In this document: in pieces, positions 1 to 10,400 of the stretch | Layout of the letters: each line of letters starts with the position of its first letter | How positions within the stretch are numbered: position 1 is the first letter of the stretch | From: an uncultured Gemmatimonadales bacterium | GTDB taxonomy: Bacteria > Gemmatimonadota > Gemmatimonadetes > Gemmatimonadales > GWC2-71-9 | DNA: 64,000 bases | Assembly: GCA_963730185.1 (NCBI GenBank) | Contig: CAVSQW010000005.1 | Span: 32,001-96,000 of the forward strand | Direction: 5' to 3' | Program-made: the position numbers and the translations under genes | The notes under the pieces: generated by a model | Told to the model about the DNA's origin: nothing | What the model saw: the letters and a program-made list of their open reading frames with translations, nothing else | Databases searched by the model: none

Positions 1-433
1 GCCGAGGGACGTGGAGCTCGTAGCTCACCGACCACGACTCCCGGCCGCTGGTGCGGGGGCCCTCGGCGGAGACCTCGAGCCCGGAGATCCGGAGCTGGAC
101 CTCCCGGGCCAGATCTTCGGCTCGGCCCTCGGTGCGGGCGTGGGCGCTGATCCGGGCCCGAAGCTCCACCTCGTCCCGATCCCAGCCGATCACGGTCACG
201 CCGCCGTTCGGCGTGGCGTCGACCCGGATCGTCCCTCGACCCGATAGCGTCCGCTCCTCGATCGTGCAGTAGCTCTCGTTCCAGTCGTTGCCGCGGTCAC
301 GGCAGGAGAGACTCCAGTCGTCCCGGTCGCGGTCCCGGTCGCGACGTTGGGCCTGGGCGCCGGTGGCCACGCCGGCGAGAAGAAGGCATCCAGCCAGGGC
401 TCCGACGAGACCGACGATCCGGTTCCTGCGCAT
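1..433 (-). CDS. Exported DUF4097 (putative adhesin, beta-strand repeat) family protein, runs off the window edge
   Basis: Not in the ORF track. Read by hand: ATG at 433 after AAGGAG, MRRNRIVGLVGALAGCLLLAGVATGAQA (signal peptide) ... IRVDATPNGGVTVIGWDRDEVELRARI ... WSVSYELHVPR. Confidence 0.75.
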   Translation of the reverse strand, partial: MRRNRIVGLVGALAGCLLLAGVATGAQAQRRDRDRDRDDWSLSCRDRGNDWNESYCTIEERTLSGRGTIRVDATPNGGVTVIGWDRDEVELRARISAHARTEGRAEDLAREVQLRISGLEVSAEGPRTSGRESWSVSYELHVPR

Positions 434-467
434 GACCAACTCTCCTTGCACTGGGGTACGGACCTTA

Positions 468-494
468 GACAGAGCCGGGCCCCCAACCGTTGCA
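468..494 (-). promoter_or_regulatory. Putative ECF-sigma promoter (TGCAAC-N17-TGTC)
   Basis: AAC-N17-YGTM layout, also found at 2918, 27215 and 56710. Confidence 0.45.
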
Positions 495-502
495 AGGGGC
501 TG

Positions 503-2849
503 CTAGAGCCGGAAGAGGTAGCTGAATTTGGTGAAGAAGCCGTCGACGGAGCGCCGGAGCCCGCTGAACCGAAAAGCTTGGTCCTCGCTCAGGCTGCTGC
601 CGTATCCGAGGAAGAACACGGTGCCCGGCGACGGCTGGTACGAGAAAAGCGCATCGACTCGAAAGGCGTTGGTCCGGGTGGCCAGAGCCGGCTGGTAGAC
701 GCCGCTCGCCGGGTCGCGAATCAGCACCGGGGCGTTGGACCGCCCGTCGTCCCGGAGGTCGCTCCGCCGATCGGCGGTGTACTCCCCGACCAGGCGAATG
801 AAGATGGAACGAGAAAGCTGGTACGCGGTCTTGATCCGGGGGATGTAGGTGTCGCCGGCGATGGTGTTGTCGGTCCGGCGCCGGTAGGACCGGAGCGCGA
901 GGCTCCCGTCCATCCGGAACTTATCGGTCGGCCGGAAGCCCAGCGTGAGATTCCCGTACCAGATGTTGCACGACGCCCATTCGAAGAAGTTGTCGTCCCG
1001 GCCGTAGATGATGAACCCGCTGACCTGAAACCCATGGACCAGCGGGCTGCTGACGTTGAGGGAGTAGTCCAGATTCGAAAGCGACGGCAGGCCGAGGGCG
1101 TTGTAGGGGATGGTATCGACGCCAGTGGCGCTAGGCCGGGCAATGGCATAGTCCGCGTAGAGGCGCGGATCGTAGCTGAACGACTCCACGAGGAGGGAGG
1201 TCCGCACCACCCACCCGCCCCGGAGCGCCCAGGTCAGCCCGAAGTGTCCCTTTCGCTCCAGGGAGCTTCGGCCGGCGAAGAGGTCGTCGTACGCCCAGAG
1301 CCAATCGCCCGTGGCCGTCGCCGTGAAGCGCTGGAGGAAGGCGTCGGGCTTGCCGTACGCCGTGAACGAGGGACTGAGCTGAATCTGGGCGATGTTACCG
1401 CGACTGATGAAGCCGCTCTTCGCCTGGAAACCGGGGTCGAACCCCCGGAAGGTCGTCTGGAGACCGAGATGGCGGCCGGTGCGGGCGAAGGTGAGCGACC
1501 AGGCGGGCGCGGTCACCGAGGTCCCGGCCGTCCGGGTCCGGCTCAGGGCCACGTTGGCGGCCAGATTGTAGATCCCGCCGAACAGGAACCGGGAATCGAT
1601 CTGCCCCACCCGATTGTAGTCGTCGCCCTCGACCCGATCCGTGTACACCAGCCCGATCCGCGACTCGCGACCGAGATCCCGTTGCACCCGAAGGAGGTTG
1701 TAGATCGGGTTATGGTCGCTCGCGGCGTAGGCCTGGTCGTCCACCGCCGAGAGCAAGCCGAAGTTGGTGCCCAGCGAGCGACCCGTCACCTTGACCGCGG
1801 CGATCGGGGCCACGATCCGGCGGGTGTAAATGGTCTGGAGCGGATTGGCAAAATACTCGATCCCGTCGAGAAAGAACGGGCGCTTTTCCTGAAAGAAGAG
1901 CGTCGAGCGCGGATCGGCGTTGATCTGGCTGGCGTCCGACTCCACCTGCGAAAAGTCCGGCTTGACCGTGCCGTTCAGGGTGGCGTCGTTGCTGAGGCCC
2001 CAGCGGACGTTGCCGCCCAGCTCGGGAGAGCCGCCCCGGTAATGCCAGGGTTCACCGACGGCCGGCCGAGCCCCCTCCACGGTGGAGGTCACGACCGGGT
2101 TGAGCTCCAGCACCAACCCCCGGCGGAGATGGGTGAGCCCCACCAGCCGCCCGGCCTGGCCCACGAACGAGGCCGCCGCCCGACGGGCGGGTGCCCAGGT
2201 GTCTTCCCGCCCGCTGGCGGCACTCTTCCGGATGATCTGAAGGGTCCAGGTCTGCGGATCCTGGCGCTGATAGCGGAGAGCCCGAAAAGGAATCCGGATC
2301 TCGATCTCGTAGCCGAAGTCGGTCAGTCGCCCCTTGGAGTCCCAGACGAAGTCTCGGGCTGAGATCGGCCTGCTCCCGGCTGGGGCGTTCGCCGTTGGAC
2401 GCGGTGCCGGCCCCGGTGCCCTCGATCAGCGTGCCGTCGGCCTGGACCCCCAAGGGGTTGGCTCCGAACACGAATACCTGGCGGCCGTCGTTGAAGGTAC
2501 CGAGCTGCAGCTCGATATAGTCATCGGGGATGATGCCCTTGTCCCGGTCGCCCAGGTGGGCCCGCACCGTCCCCGGCTCGGCCCACGCGCGGATCCCGAA
2601 GTAGAGCGCCGTGGGCGAGTACCAGACCAGCACCTCGGTCCGCTGCTGCGCCGGGACGCCGTCGATCGGGCTGAACTGACTGAAGCCGGACAGGCGAGCC
2701 GCCCGGGTCCACGCCGGATCGTCGAGCGCTCCATCGATCCTGGCCTGAGCCTCGAGCCGCGGGAGCCGGACGTCGAGGTGGCCCTGATCGCCTCGGTAGC
2801 CGGTGGTGTCGCCCAGGGCGAGCGCCATGAGTGCGGCGGCGAGAATCAT
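503..2849 (-). CDS. CBM9-like plus DUF5916 outer-membrane beta-barrel protein, split by a 1-nt insertion near 2354
   Basis: N-part MILAAALMALALG...IDGALDDPAW...EQADLSP continues in the other frame as DFVWDSKGRLTDFGYEIEIRIPF and into ORF 503..2164 (PDFSQVESD, EKRPFF, C-terminal KFSYLFRL). Confidence 0.8.
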
Positions 2850-2917
2850 GAATCGGGTCGGCGATGATGGCGAAAACTGGATGGCCACCCCAAGGCGAGG
2901 TGGCCTGGCCGCTCCCT

Positions 2918-2943
2918 TACGGAGTCGTCGTGCGGCAGGTTCC
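2918..2943 (-). promoter_or_regulatory. Putative ECF-sigma promoter (GGAAC-N17-CGTA)
   Basis: Classic ECF -35/-10 elements about 70 nt upstream of the DUF5916 ATG. Confidence 0.55.
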
Positions 2944-2966
2944 ATCCCCAGCCGGCGGGACCGGCC

Positions 2967-3476
2967 TCACTTCCCGGGGCACTTCACCCGCTTCATCCGG
3001 ACCTCGATGCTCGGCTGTCCATCGCCTTCGTTCCGGGGAATGAGGGCGCCGTCCGACGCGAGCCGGTAGATGATCCGCTGGGGGAACGTGCGGCTCAGGT
3101 TCTCGAAGACCACGTACTCGTCCACCAGGGTCTTGAGGGTGTAGACGTCGAACGGCTTGCCCTCGGTGGACGCGGCGAACACCACCGCCGAGTCGGTCGC
3201 CTCGATCTTGCTGAACTCGAAGCTGGTGGCGTGGTTGCCCTTGAGATAGCGGGTCGTCGCCAGCAGCAGGTTGTCGGCCGGTTTGGTCCAGATCTCCTCG
3301 ACCGACGTGTCCTTGTCCAGCCGCCCTTCCCAGCACCCGGCCATGAACTTGAGCTTGCCGAAGTCGGCCTTGGGGTGGTCCTTCTCCTGGTCCTTGTTCT
3401 GGGCCGCGAGCGGGCCCGCCAGGATCAGGGTCGCGAACAGGCCGAAGAGCACTCGGCGGCTGTTGATCGTCCTCAT
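2967..3476 (-). CDS. Exported DUF6265-like protein
   Basis: Signal peptide ending PLAAQ; MAGCWEG, EEIWT and FENLSRTFPQRIIY motifs. Confidence 0.65.
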   Translation of the reverse strand: MRTINSRRVLFGLFATLILAGPLAAQNKDQEKDHPKADFGKLKFMAGCWEGRLDKDTSVEEIWTKPADNLLLATTRYLKGNHATSFEFSKIEATDSAVVFAASTEGKPFDVYTLKTLVDEYVVFENLSRTFPQRIIYRLASDGALIPRNEGDGQPSIEVRMKRVKCPGK

Positions 3477-3584
3477 GTCACCTCTTCCGCGTAGGGTCCG
3501 GGGTCCTGCCCTCGGATTCGAAAGGACACGTGAGCCCCCTCGATCCCCGGACCGAGGAATCAAAGGGCGGTTGGCCCGGCTCGG

Positions 3585-4589
3585 CTAGCCCCAGCCCCGG
3601 AGCGAGCGGACGTAGTCGTGGAGCGCCAGGAATTTCTCGTAGACCACCACACCCTTCCGCTTCTGACCGAACTCGGAGAAGAGCTCGCGGAGCCGGCCCC
3701 GCCGGGTCACGTAGAAACGAAACGTCTCCGCGAAGTCCTCCTGCGGGTGCCGGGCCGCGTAGGAGGTGACGTGGTTGGTGGGCGCAATGGCCACCCGGCG
3801 GCGCTGAAAATACACCCAGGTGTCGTCCATTCCCCGGTAGGCCTTGTTGACCTCGCCGAAGGTCCGGCGGAACCGGTGAGTCCGAGTCCAGGCCCAGTGA
3901 TGGTAGAGAAAGCTGTGCCCGAGCTCATGGGTGATGAGCCCGACCATCATGCTCCAGGGCACCTCGTCGCTTCCCTTCCCGATCACGTAACGCTGCTCGA
4001 TCTCCACGATCTTGGGCCAGCGCGGATCCACGCCGGAGATGCCGGGACGGAGTTGCACCCGGTAGCCCCAGTCCGAGACCCGGCTGGCCACCAGCAGTCG
4101 GCGCACCCGGCGGAGCGCGGGCTGGATCAGGTCGCGCCCGGTGGCGTCATCGCCGCACCAGGGGCACACGTTCATCCAGTCGTCGACGCCGCGGCCACAG
4201 TGAGGGCACTCGCCCTCGAAGCGGTCGTCCTCGTTCCAGCTCTGCTCCCGACTGCACCAGGGACAGTAGGGCATCGGGTATTGCACCCCGCCGCCGCAGC
4301 CCCAGTCACACCGGGCGTCCATCTTGAATCCCTTGGGCGCCTTGAGCGGGGTCTCGCTCGAGTGACCTTCCTCGTAGATGTCGGCCTGACACCAGGGACA
4401 GTAGGAGTAGCTATCCGACACGATCCAGCCGCAGCGGTAGCACTCGGCGCCGGTGATCTGCTGGGTGTCGCCCCAGCGCTGAGCGCGGCCGCAGCTGGGG
4501 CAGTGCTGCCAGTAATGCTCCAGTGGATACCCGCAGACGCAGCGGGTTTCGGGCCGGGGACGGGGCTCGCGCCGCTTACGCGCCGTCAT
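3585..4589 (-). CDS. Putative zinc-binding metallopeptidase (Peptidase_Mx-like) with four N-terminal zinc ribbons
   Basis: HELGH and SYAARHPQEDFAETF motifs; four Cys-pair...CPxC units; start overlaps the stop of the upstream ATP-grasp gene. Confidence 0.8.
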   Translation of the reverse strand: MTARKRREPRPRPETRCVCGYPLEHYWQHCPSCGRAQRWGDTQQITGAECYRCGWIVSDSYSYCPWCQADIYEEGHSSETPLKAPKGFKMDARCDWGCGGGVQYPMPYCPWCSREQSWNEDDRFEGECPHCGRGVDDWMNVCPWCGDDATGRDLIQPALRRVRRLLVASRVSDWGYRVQLRPGISGVDPRWPKIVEIEQRYVIGKGSDEVPWSMMVGLITHELGHSFLYHHWAWTRTHRFRRTFGEVNKAYRGMDDTWVYFQRRRVAIAPTNHVTSYAARHPQEDFAETFRFYVTRRGRLRELFSEFGQKRKGVVVYEKFLALHDYVRSLRGWG

Positions 4590-5607
4590 AACGCGCCCAC
4601 GCCTCCTCGACGATCCGCTCGATGAACTCGGGATAGGACATCCCGGCCTTCCACGCCATGTTCGCCATGTCATGGCCGTCGCTGATGAAGGGATTGGCGT
4701 TGACTTCGATCACCCATACCTCCCCGTCCGGCGTCAGCCGGACGTCGAGCCGGGCGTAGTCGCGGAGCCAGAGCGCCCGATACGCGGTGCGGCAGATCTC
4801 GAGGATCTTGGCCTGCGCCGCCTTGGAGATCCGCCGGGCGAAGACGTTCTGGATTCCCTTCCGCTCTCGATACGGGACGTCCCACTTGGCGGCCGTCGTG
4901 GCGATCCGTTCCTCCGGCTTGGTCCGCCGCTTGTCGAACACCATCTCGGTGAGGGGCAGCACCTGGGGGTCTTCCTCGCCGCCGATCACCCCCGCGTAGA
5001 GCTCCCGGCCAACCACGAACTCCTCGGCGATGGCCGGCTGTTCGAATCGCTGGTGAACGAAGGCCACCCGGTCCACTAAGGCGGCGAGATCCTTCACCAC
5101 CGAGGCCTGCGCGATCCCGCTCGACGCATCGGTCTGGAGGGGCTTCACGATCAGCGGGAAGCGGAGATCCGGGGCCTCCGCCACCTCCTCGTGCGGCCGG
5201 TAGGTCACGAATCCGGGCACCTGGATCCCGTGGTAGGCCAGAATCTTCTTGCTCAGGGCCTTGTTCCGGGTGATGAGGAGCGCCAGGGGCGGCGCGCCGG
5301 TGTAGCGATAGCCTTCGGCCTCAAGCAACGCCGGAATCAGGTAATCGAGCCGATCCTCGCCATGGTACGTCTCGGTACAGTTGAACACCAGATCGGGTGG
5401 CCACGCGGCCAGGTCGGCGAGCATCGCGGGCACGTCGCCATGCACCCCAACGAACCGGACCTCGTGTCCGTTCTGCTCCAGCACGTCCGCGATCTGATAC
5501 TCGATTTCCGGCTCGTCCTCATGCCCGAGCTCGGCCTCACTCTGTCGGACATGGGCGTCGTGGTCCCATCCGGCATACGGCGTGTCGAACGCGACGGCGA
5601 TTCGCAT
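4576..5607 (-). CDS. D-Ala-D-Ala-ligase-like ATP-grasp protein
   Basis: PDLVFN, YTG, NKALSKKIL, FPLIVKP, EEFVVGRE, YARLDVRL and IEVNANP motifs; lacks the LHG..GEDG motif of true Ddl. Confidence 0.85.
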   Translation of the reverse strand: MRIAVAFDTPYAGWDHDAHVRQSEAELGHEDEPEIEYQIADVLEQNGHEVRFVGVHGDVPAMLADLAAWPPDLVFNCTETYHGEDRLDYLIPALLEAEGYRYTGAPPLALLITRNKALSKKILAYHGIQVPGFVTYRPHEEVAEAPDLRFPLIVKPLQTDASSGIAQASVVKDLAALVDRVAFVHQRFEQPAIAEEFVVGRELYAGVIGGEEDPQVLPLTEMVFDKRRTKPEERIATTAAKWDVPYRERKGIQNVFARRISKAAQAKILEICRTAYRALWLRDYARLDVRLTPDGEVWVIEVNANPFISDGHDMANMAWKAGMSYPEFIERIVEEAWARYDGA

Positions 5608-5774
5608 GAATGCTCGAGCGGCAGGGTTCGCGAAGCACGGCCCGGTCGGCCCGGGGGGAACGGGGGCAATCTAGGGTGACCGCACGCCTCCGGCGAGAGA
5701 GCCGGCGACCGGCCTCCCGTCGTCCGCCCCGTCACGGCATTATTGGGCTCCCTCCTACCGAGGAGCTGGACCCC

Positions 5775-7157
5775 ATGACCGAGCTCACCTCGCTCGGCCT
5801 CCGCGAGGCCGCCCGACTCGTCGCTCGGGGACGCGTGTCTCCGGTAGAGCTGGTGGACGCCGTGCTGGCCCGGATCGCGCAGCTCAACCCGGCGCTCAAC
5901 GCCTTCTTGACGGTGACGGCCGACAGCGCGCGCGAGGCGGCCCGCCGGGCCGAGCGGCGGTCGAGCCGGGCCGGAGCGCCGCCGCCCCTCCTCGGCGTGC
6001 CGATCTCGGTGAAGGACCTGATCCTCAGCCGGGAAGCCCCGACCACGGCTGGCTCGCGGCTTTTCGGGAAGGGACTTTCGGCCGGCACCGATGCCCCGGT
6101 CGTGGCCCGGCTCCGCCGGGCGGGCGCCATCCTGGTCGGGAAGACCAATCTCCATGAGGTCGCCTTCGGGGTGACCACGGTCAACGAGCACTTCGGACCG
6201 GCCCGCAATCCCTGGGATCGGTCCCGGGTGGCCGGCGGCTCGAGCGGCGGGTCGGCCGTGGCCGTCGCGACGGGGATGGGCGCCGGATCGGTGGGCACCG
6301 ACACCAGAGGGTCAATCCGGATCCCGGCCGCGTGCTGCGGGATCGTCGGGCTCAAACCCACGTTCGGCCTCTTGCCAACGGACGGCGTGGTACCCCTCGC
6401 TCCCACCCTCGATCACGTCGGACCGATCACCCGCTCCGTCGAGGACGCCGCCCTGATGCTCGGCGCGATGCGGGGCAGCCGAGCCAGGACGGCCGAATAC
6501 CTGGCCGCGGTCGATCGCAAGCCCCGTCGGCTCCGGGTCGGCGTGGACCCCTACTACCTCCGGGGGGCGGACGCCGAAGTCGGCACCGCGGTCGAGGCGG
6601 CTATCAACAGGCTGGCCAAGCTGGGCTGTCCTATCGTCGAAGTGAAGCTACCGGAGCTCGACCAGGCGCTCGAAGCCTCCCGCGTGATCGTTCTGGCCGA
6701 GGCCCTTGCCTTCCACGAGCGGTGGCTCCGGAGCCGGCCCCGGTCGTACGGGCCGCAGGTTCGGTCCCGAATGCTGGGCGGGCGCAAGCTCACAGCGGTG
6801 GACTATGTCCACGCTACGGAGCAGCGGGTCCTGCTCGAGGCCGCGTTCCATAACGCCTTCCGTCACGTTGACGTCCTGGTTGGGGCAGTGCTACCGACGC
6901 TGCCGGTTCGAATCGGGGCGACGTCCACCCGGGTCGGAGGGGTCGAGACGCCATTGTCGGAGGCCTACTGCCGCTACAACGCCCCTCAAAACGTTGTCGG
7001 TATCCCGGCGCTGGCCCTGCCCGTCGCGCGGAGTCGGACCGGTCTCCCAATCGCGGCACAAGTCATTGCAGCGTGGGGAGATGAGGTGTCGCTCCTCAGT
7101 GCGGCCCGAGCGATCGAACGCGCGAACGACGACGCATTCACGGTCACGTTGAATTGA
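5775..7157 (+). CDS. Amidase signature family protein (GatA-like)
   Basis: AGGAG RBS; GVPISVKD, GKTNLHE, GGSSGGS, GTDTRGSIRIPA motifs; no gatB/gatC nearby. Confidence 0.9.
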   Translation: MTELTSLGLREAARLVARGRVSPVELVDAVLARIAQLNPALNAFLTVTADSAREAARRAERRSSRAGAPPPLLGVPISVKDLILSREAPTTAGSRLFGKGLSAGTDAPVVARLRRAGAILVGKTNLHEVAFGVTTVNEHFGPARNPWDRSRVAGGSSGGSAVAVATGMGAGSVGTDTRGSIRIPAACCGIVGLKPTFGLLPTDGVVPLAPTLDHVGPITRSVEDAALMLGAMRGSRARTAEYLAAVDRKPRRLRVGVDPYYLRGADAEVGTAVEAAINRLAKLGCPIVEVKLPELDQALEASRVIVLAEALAFHERWLRSRPRSYGPQVRSRMLGGRKLTAVDYVHATEQRVLLEAAFHNAFRHVDVLVGAVLPTLPVRIGATSTRVGGVETPLSEAYCRYNAPQNVVGIPALALPVARSRTGLPIAAQVIAAWGDEVSLLSAARAIERANDDAFTVTLN

Positions 7158-7166
7158 GGCGAGAAA

Positions 7167-7268
7167 GTGTCCATTGGACACATCTGTGTCAGTTAGACTC
7201 ACAGTCCTCAAACTGGCGGTTTAGCAACGACAACGACTTACGAATACCAGCAGCGGCACGGTTTGTGA
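7167..7268 (+). promoter_or_regulatory. Putative sigma54 promoter 1: tandem palindromic UAS, IHF-like site and -24/-12 element
   Basis: GTGTC-N5-GACAC-N4-GTGTC-N5-GACTC (7167-7200), CAACGACTTA (7231-7240), CGGCACGGTTTGTGA (7254-7268); all three recur upstream of the second susC. Confidence 0.65.
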
Positions 7269-7494
7269 CAGATAGCGTTACGCGCGGCTAGCGTCAGTAG
7301 CCGTCGTACGGGTTTCCGGCGCGGCATGGGGCGCGCCTCCGACCCGAGTGATTCCGAAGCGCCAGCTCAGAATATCGCCCAGGGCCCTTGGCCCGGGCTG
7401 TCTCGTTTCTCGGTCGACCCGACCACGGCATCGGTATGCGTGGCGGGCGACGGATAACGAGACTCATTACCACTCTCACCTCCAAGGAGCTACG

Positions 7495-10400
7495 ATGCGA
7501 GGCAATGGAAGGCGTGTGCTCGGTCTGCTCGGCGGACTGCTGCTCGGGACTGGAGGCCAGGTCGCCCTGGCTCAGACCGGCGCGGTCACCGGGAAGATCA
7601 CGGCGGCCAACTCACCCAACCCGATCGAGGCCGCCCGGGTGCAGATCGTCGGCACCCCTCTCTTGGTGCTGTCGAACCGAGACGGGGTGTATACGCTCCG
7701 GGGGGTGACGCCCGGCCAAGTGTCGGTCCGGGTCACGGCCCTCGGCTTCGCGTCGGTGTCCAAGAGGGTCACCGTGACGGCGGGCGGGTCCGTCACGGCC
7801 GATTTCGAGCTGAGTCAGGCACCCTACACCCTGGACGAGATCACCACGACGGCGACGGGTGATACCCGGAAAGCGGAGCTCGGTAACTCCGTGAACACCA
7901 TCCAGGTTACCCAGCTGGCCGAGGAGGGGCCGGTCCGGACGCTGGCTGACGTGCTCAAGGCGCGGGCCCCCGGCGTTCAGGTCTTCTCCTCGACCGGCAC
8001 GATCGGCGGCGGGCAGCGGATCCGAATCCGCGGCTCCAACTCGGTCTCGCTCTCCAACGAGCCGCTCTACATCGTGGACGGCGTGCGAATCGAGAGTAGC
8101 ACCGGGTCGAACTCGTTCGGCATCGGCGGCCAGAATCCGTCGCGGATCAACGACTTGAACCCCGACGAAATCGCCGACATTCAGATTCTCAAGGGTCCTT
8201 CGGCGGCGGCGATCTACGGCACCCAGGGTTCCAACGGAGTGATCCTGATTACGACCAAGCGGGGCGTCGCGGGCCGGGCGCGCTGGTCGGTCTGGACCGA
8301 GCAGGGCCTCTCGAAGGACAAGAACCCCTACCCCGACAACTATTACGGCGAGACCTCGACCGGGGCGCGGTGCATCCTGGAAGACGTCTCGGCGGGCAAG
8401 TGCACCATCGCGGACGTGCTGAGCTTCAACCCGATGCGCGATCCGGTGGAGTCGCCGCTCAGCAACGGACGGCGGCAGCAGTACGGAGCCAGCGTCTCGG
8501 GCGGGAGCGATCAGGTCCAGTACTTCATCTCGGGCGAGCGCGAGGACGAGCGGGGCGTGTTCTTCATGCCCCAGGCCGAGCAGACCCGGATTCTCCAGGA
8601 GAGCGGCCGGAGCAGCCTCCGCCAGGACGAGCTCAACCCGAACAACATCGACAAGGTGAACCTGCGGTCGAACCTGACGGCGGTGCTCTCGCCGAAGGCC
8701 AACCTGCAGATCAACCTCGGCTACGTCACCTCGAGCCTCCGGCTGCCGCAGAACGACAACAACGTGTTGGGCATCCACTCGAGCGGCCTGAACGGCGACG
8801 GCCGGGGCGGGCAGAACTCCGACCTGGCGTGGGGCTTTTTCCGGCCAGGCGAGACCTTTCAGTTTCTGACCAAGCAGACGGTCCAGCGCTTCACCACCGG
8901 CGCGACGGCGAACTACAGCCCGATCAACTGGCTCACCTCCCGCGCGGTGGTCGGGCTCGATCTGACGAGCCGGATCGACCAGCAGCTCAACCGGTTCGAC
9001 GAAGGACCCGACTTCTCGACTTACCGGCTTGGCACCGCCGGTGAAGGCCGGCGGACCATCGCGGTCTACACCGTCGACGCCAACGCGACGGCCTCGTTCA
9101 ACCTGATGTCGAACCTGACGTCCAAGACGACCGCCGGCGTCAACTACCAGCAGTACAACTTCCGCGGGACCACGGCCACGGGCGATCAGCTGCCCCCCGG
9201 CGCGGTGACGGTCACGGCCGGCGCCATCAAGGACGCGCTCGAGACCAACACCCTCAACAAGACGGCGGGCGGTTTCGTTCAGCAGACCTTCGGCCTGGCC
9301 GACCGGCTCTTCGTGACCGGCGCGGTCCGGGTCGACCGGAACAGCGCCACCGGCGCCTTGGCCAAGACGATCGTCTACCCCAAGGCCTCGGTTTCGTACC
9401 TGATCAGCGAGTCGCCGTTCTTCCCGAAGAGCAATTTCCTCAACTCGCTCAGGTTCCGGTTCTCCTATGGTCATGCCGGCCAGCAGCCGAGCGGCACCCA
9501 AGCGCTGGAATCGTATTCCGCGACGGCGGCCTCGATCGACGGCACGGTGGTGCCCGCAGCCATCATCAACAACCTCGGCGACGCAACGCTCAAGCCGGAG
9601 CGGAGTGTCGAGTACGAGGGCGGCTTCGACGCCAACTTCTTCAACAGCCGGATCGCCCTGGAGCTGACCGCGTTCCACAAGGACACTCGGGACGCGCTCA
9701 TCTTCGTGCCGACGCCGCTCTCTGCCGGCCAGCCCACCGGACAGTTCCGGAACCTGGGCAAGGTCAGCAACGCGGGCATCGAATACCTGATCAACGCCCA
9801 GATCCTGACCCGGCAGAACCTGACCTGGGACCTCACCCTGAGCGGCTCCTTCCTCCGGAACAAGCTGCTCGATCTCGGCGGCCAGCCGCCCATCAACGCC
9901 AACGGGACCACCCAGCAGCACCGTGAGGGCTATCCGCTCGGCGGCTACTGGGGCCGAAACTACACCTACAACGACGCCAACGGCGACGGCATCATCACCG
10001 CCGGCGAGGTCACGCCGGCCGATACGCTGACCTACATCGGCCCTTCGCAGCCCACTCGCGAGGCGGCGATCTCGTCGCAGGTCGGACTCTTCAAAGGCCG
10101 GATCCTGATCTCCACCCAGCTCGACTACCGGGCCGGGGCCTATCTCTACAACCTGACCGAGGACTTCCGGTGCCGCTCCCGGCGGAACTGCGAGGACCTC
10201 TACTTCACCAGCGTCGGGATGGACCGGCTGGCCCGGGTCGTGGCGCTCCGCTCGCTCGGATCGCTCAACACCAACAGCGGGTACATCGAGCCTCAGGACT
10301 ACCTCAAGTGGCGCGAGCTGTCGGTGACCTTCAACGCGCCCAAGCGGTGGGCCCAGGCGTTCGGCGGCGACCGGCTGAGCGTCTCCCTGAGCGGCCGGAA

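Noticed and set aside
315..348. GACCGG/GACCGC tandem repeat
   Set aside because: Simply encodes the RDRDRDRD low-complexity segment after a signal peptide.
2345..2362. Programmed frameshift in the DUF5916 gene
   Set aside because: No slippery heptamer; one extra base explains it, and similar indels occur elsewhere in the window.
4576..5607. Calling the ATP-grasp gene ddl
   Set aside because: Lacks the Ddl signature motifs and cell-wall gene context.
5775..7157. Calling the amidase gatA
   Set aside because: No gatB/gatC nearby, and HEVAFG instead of the GatA DEFAMG motif.
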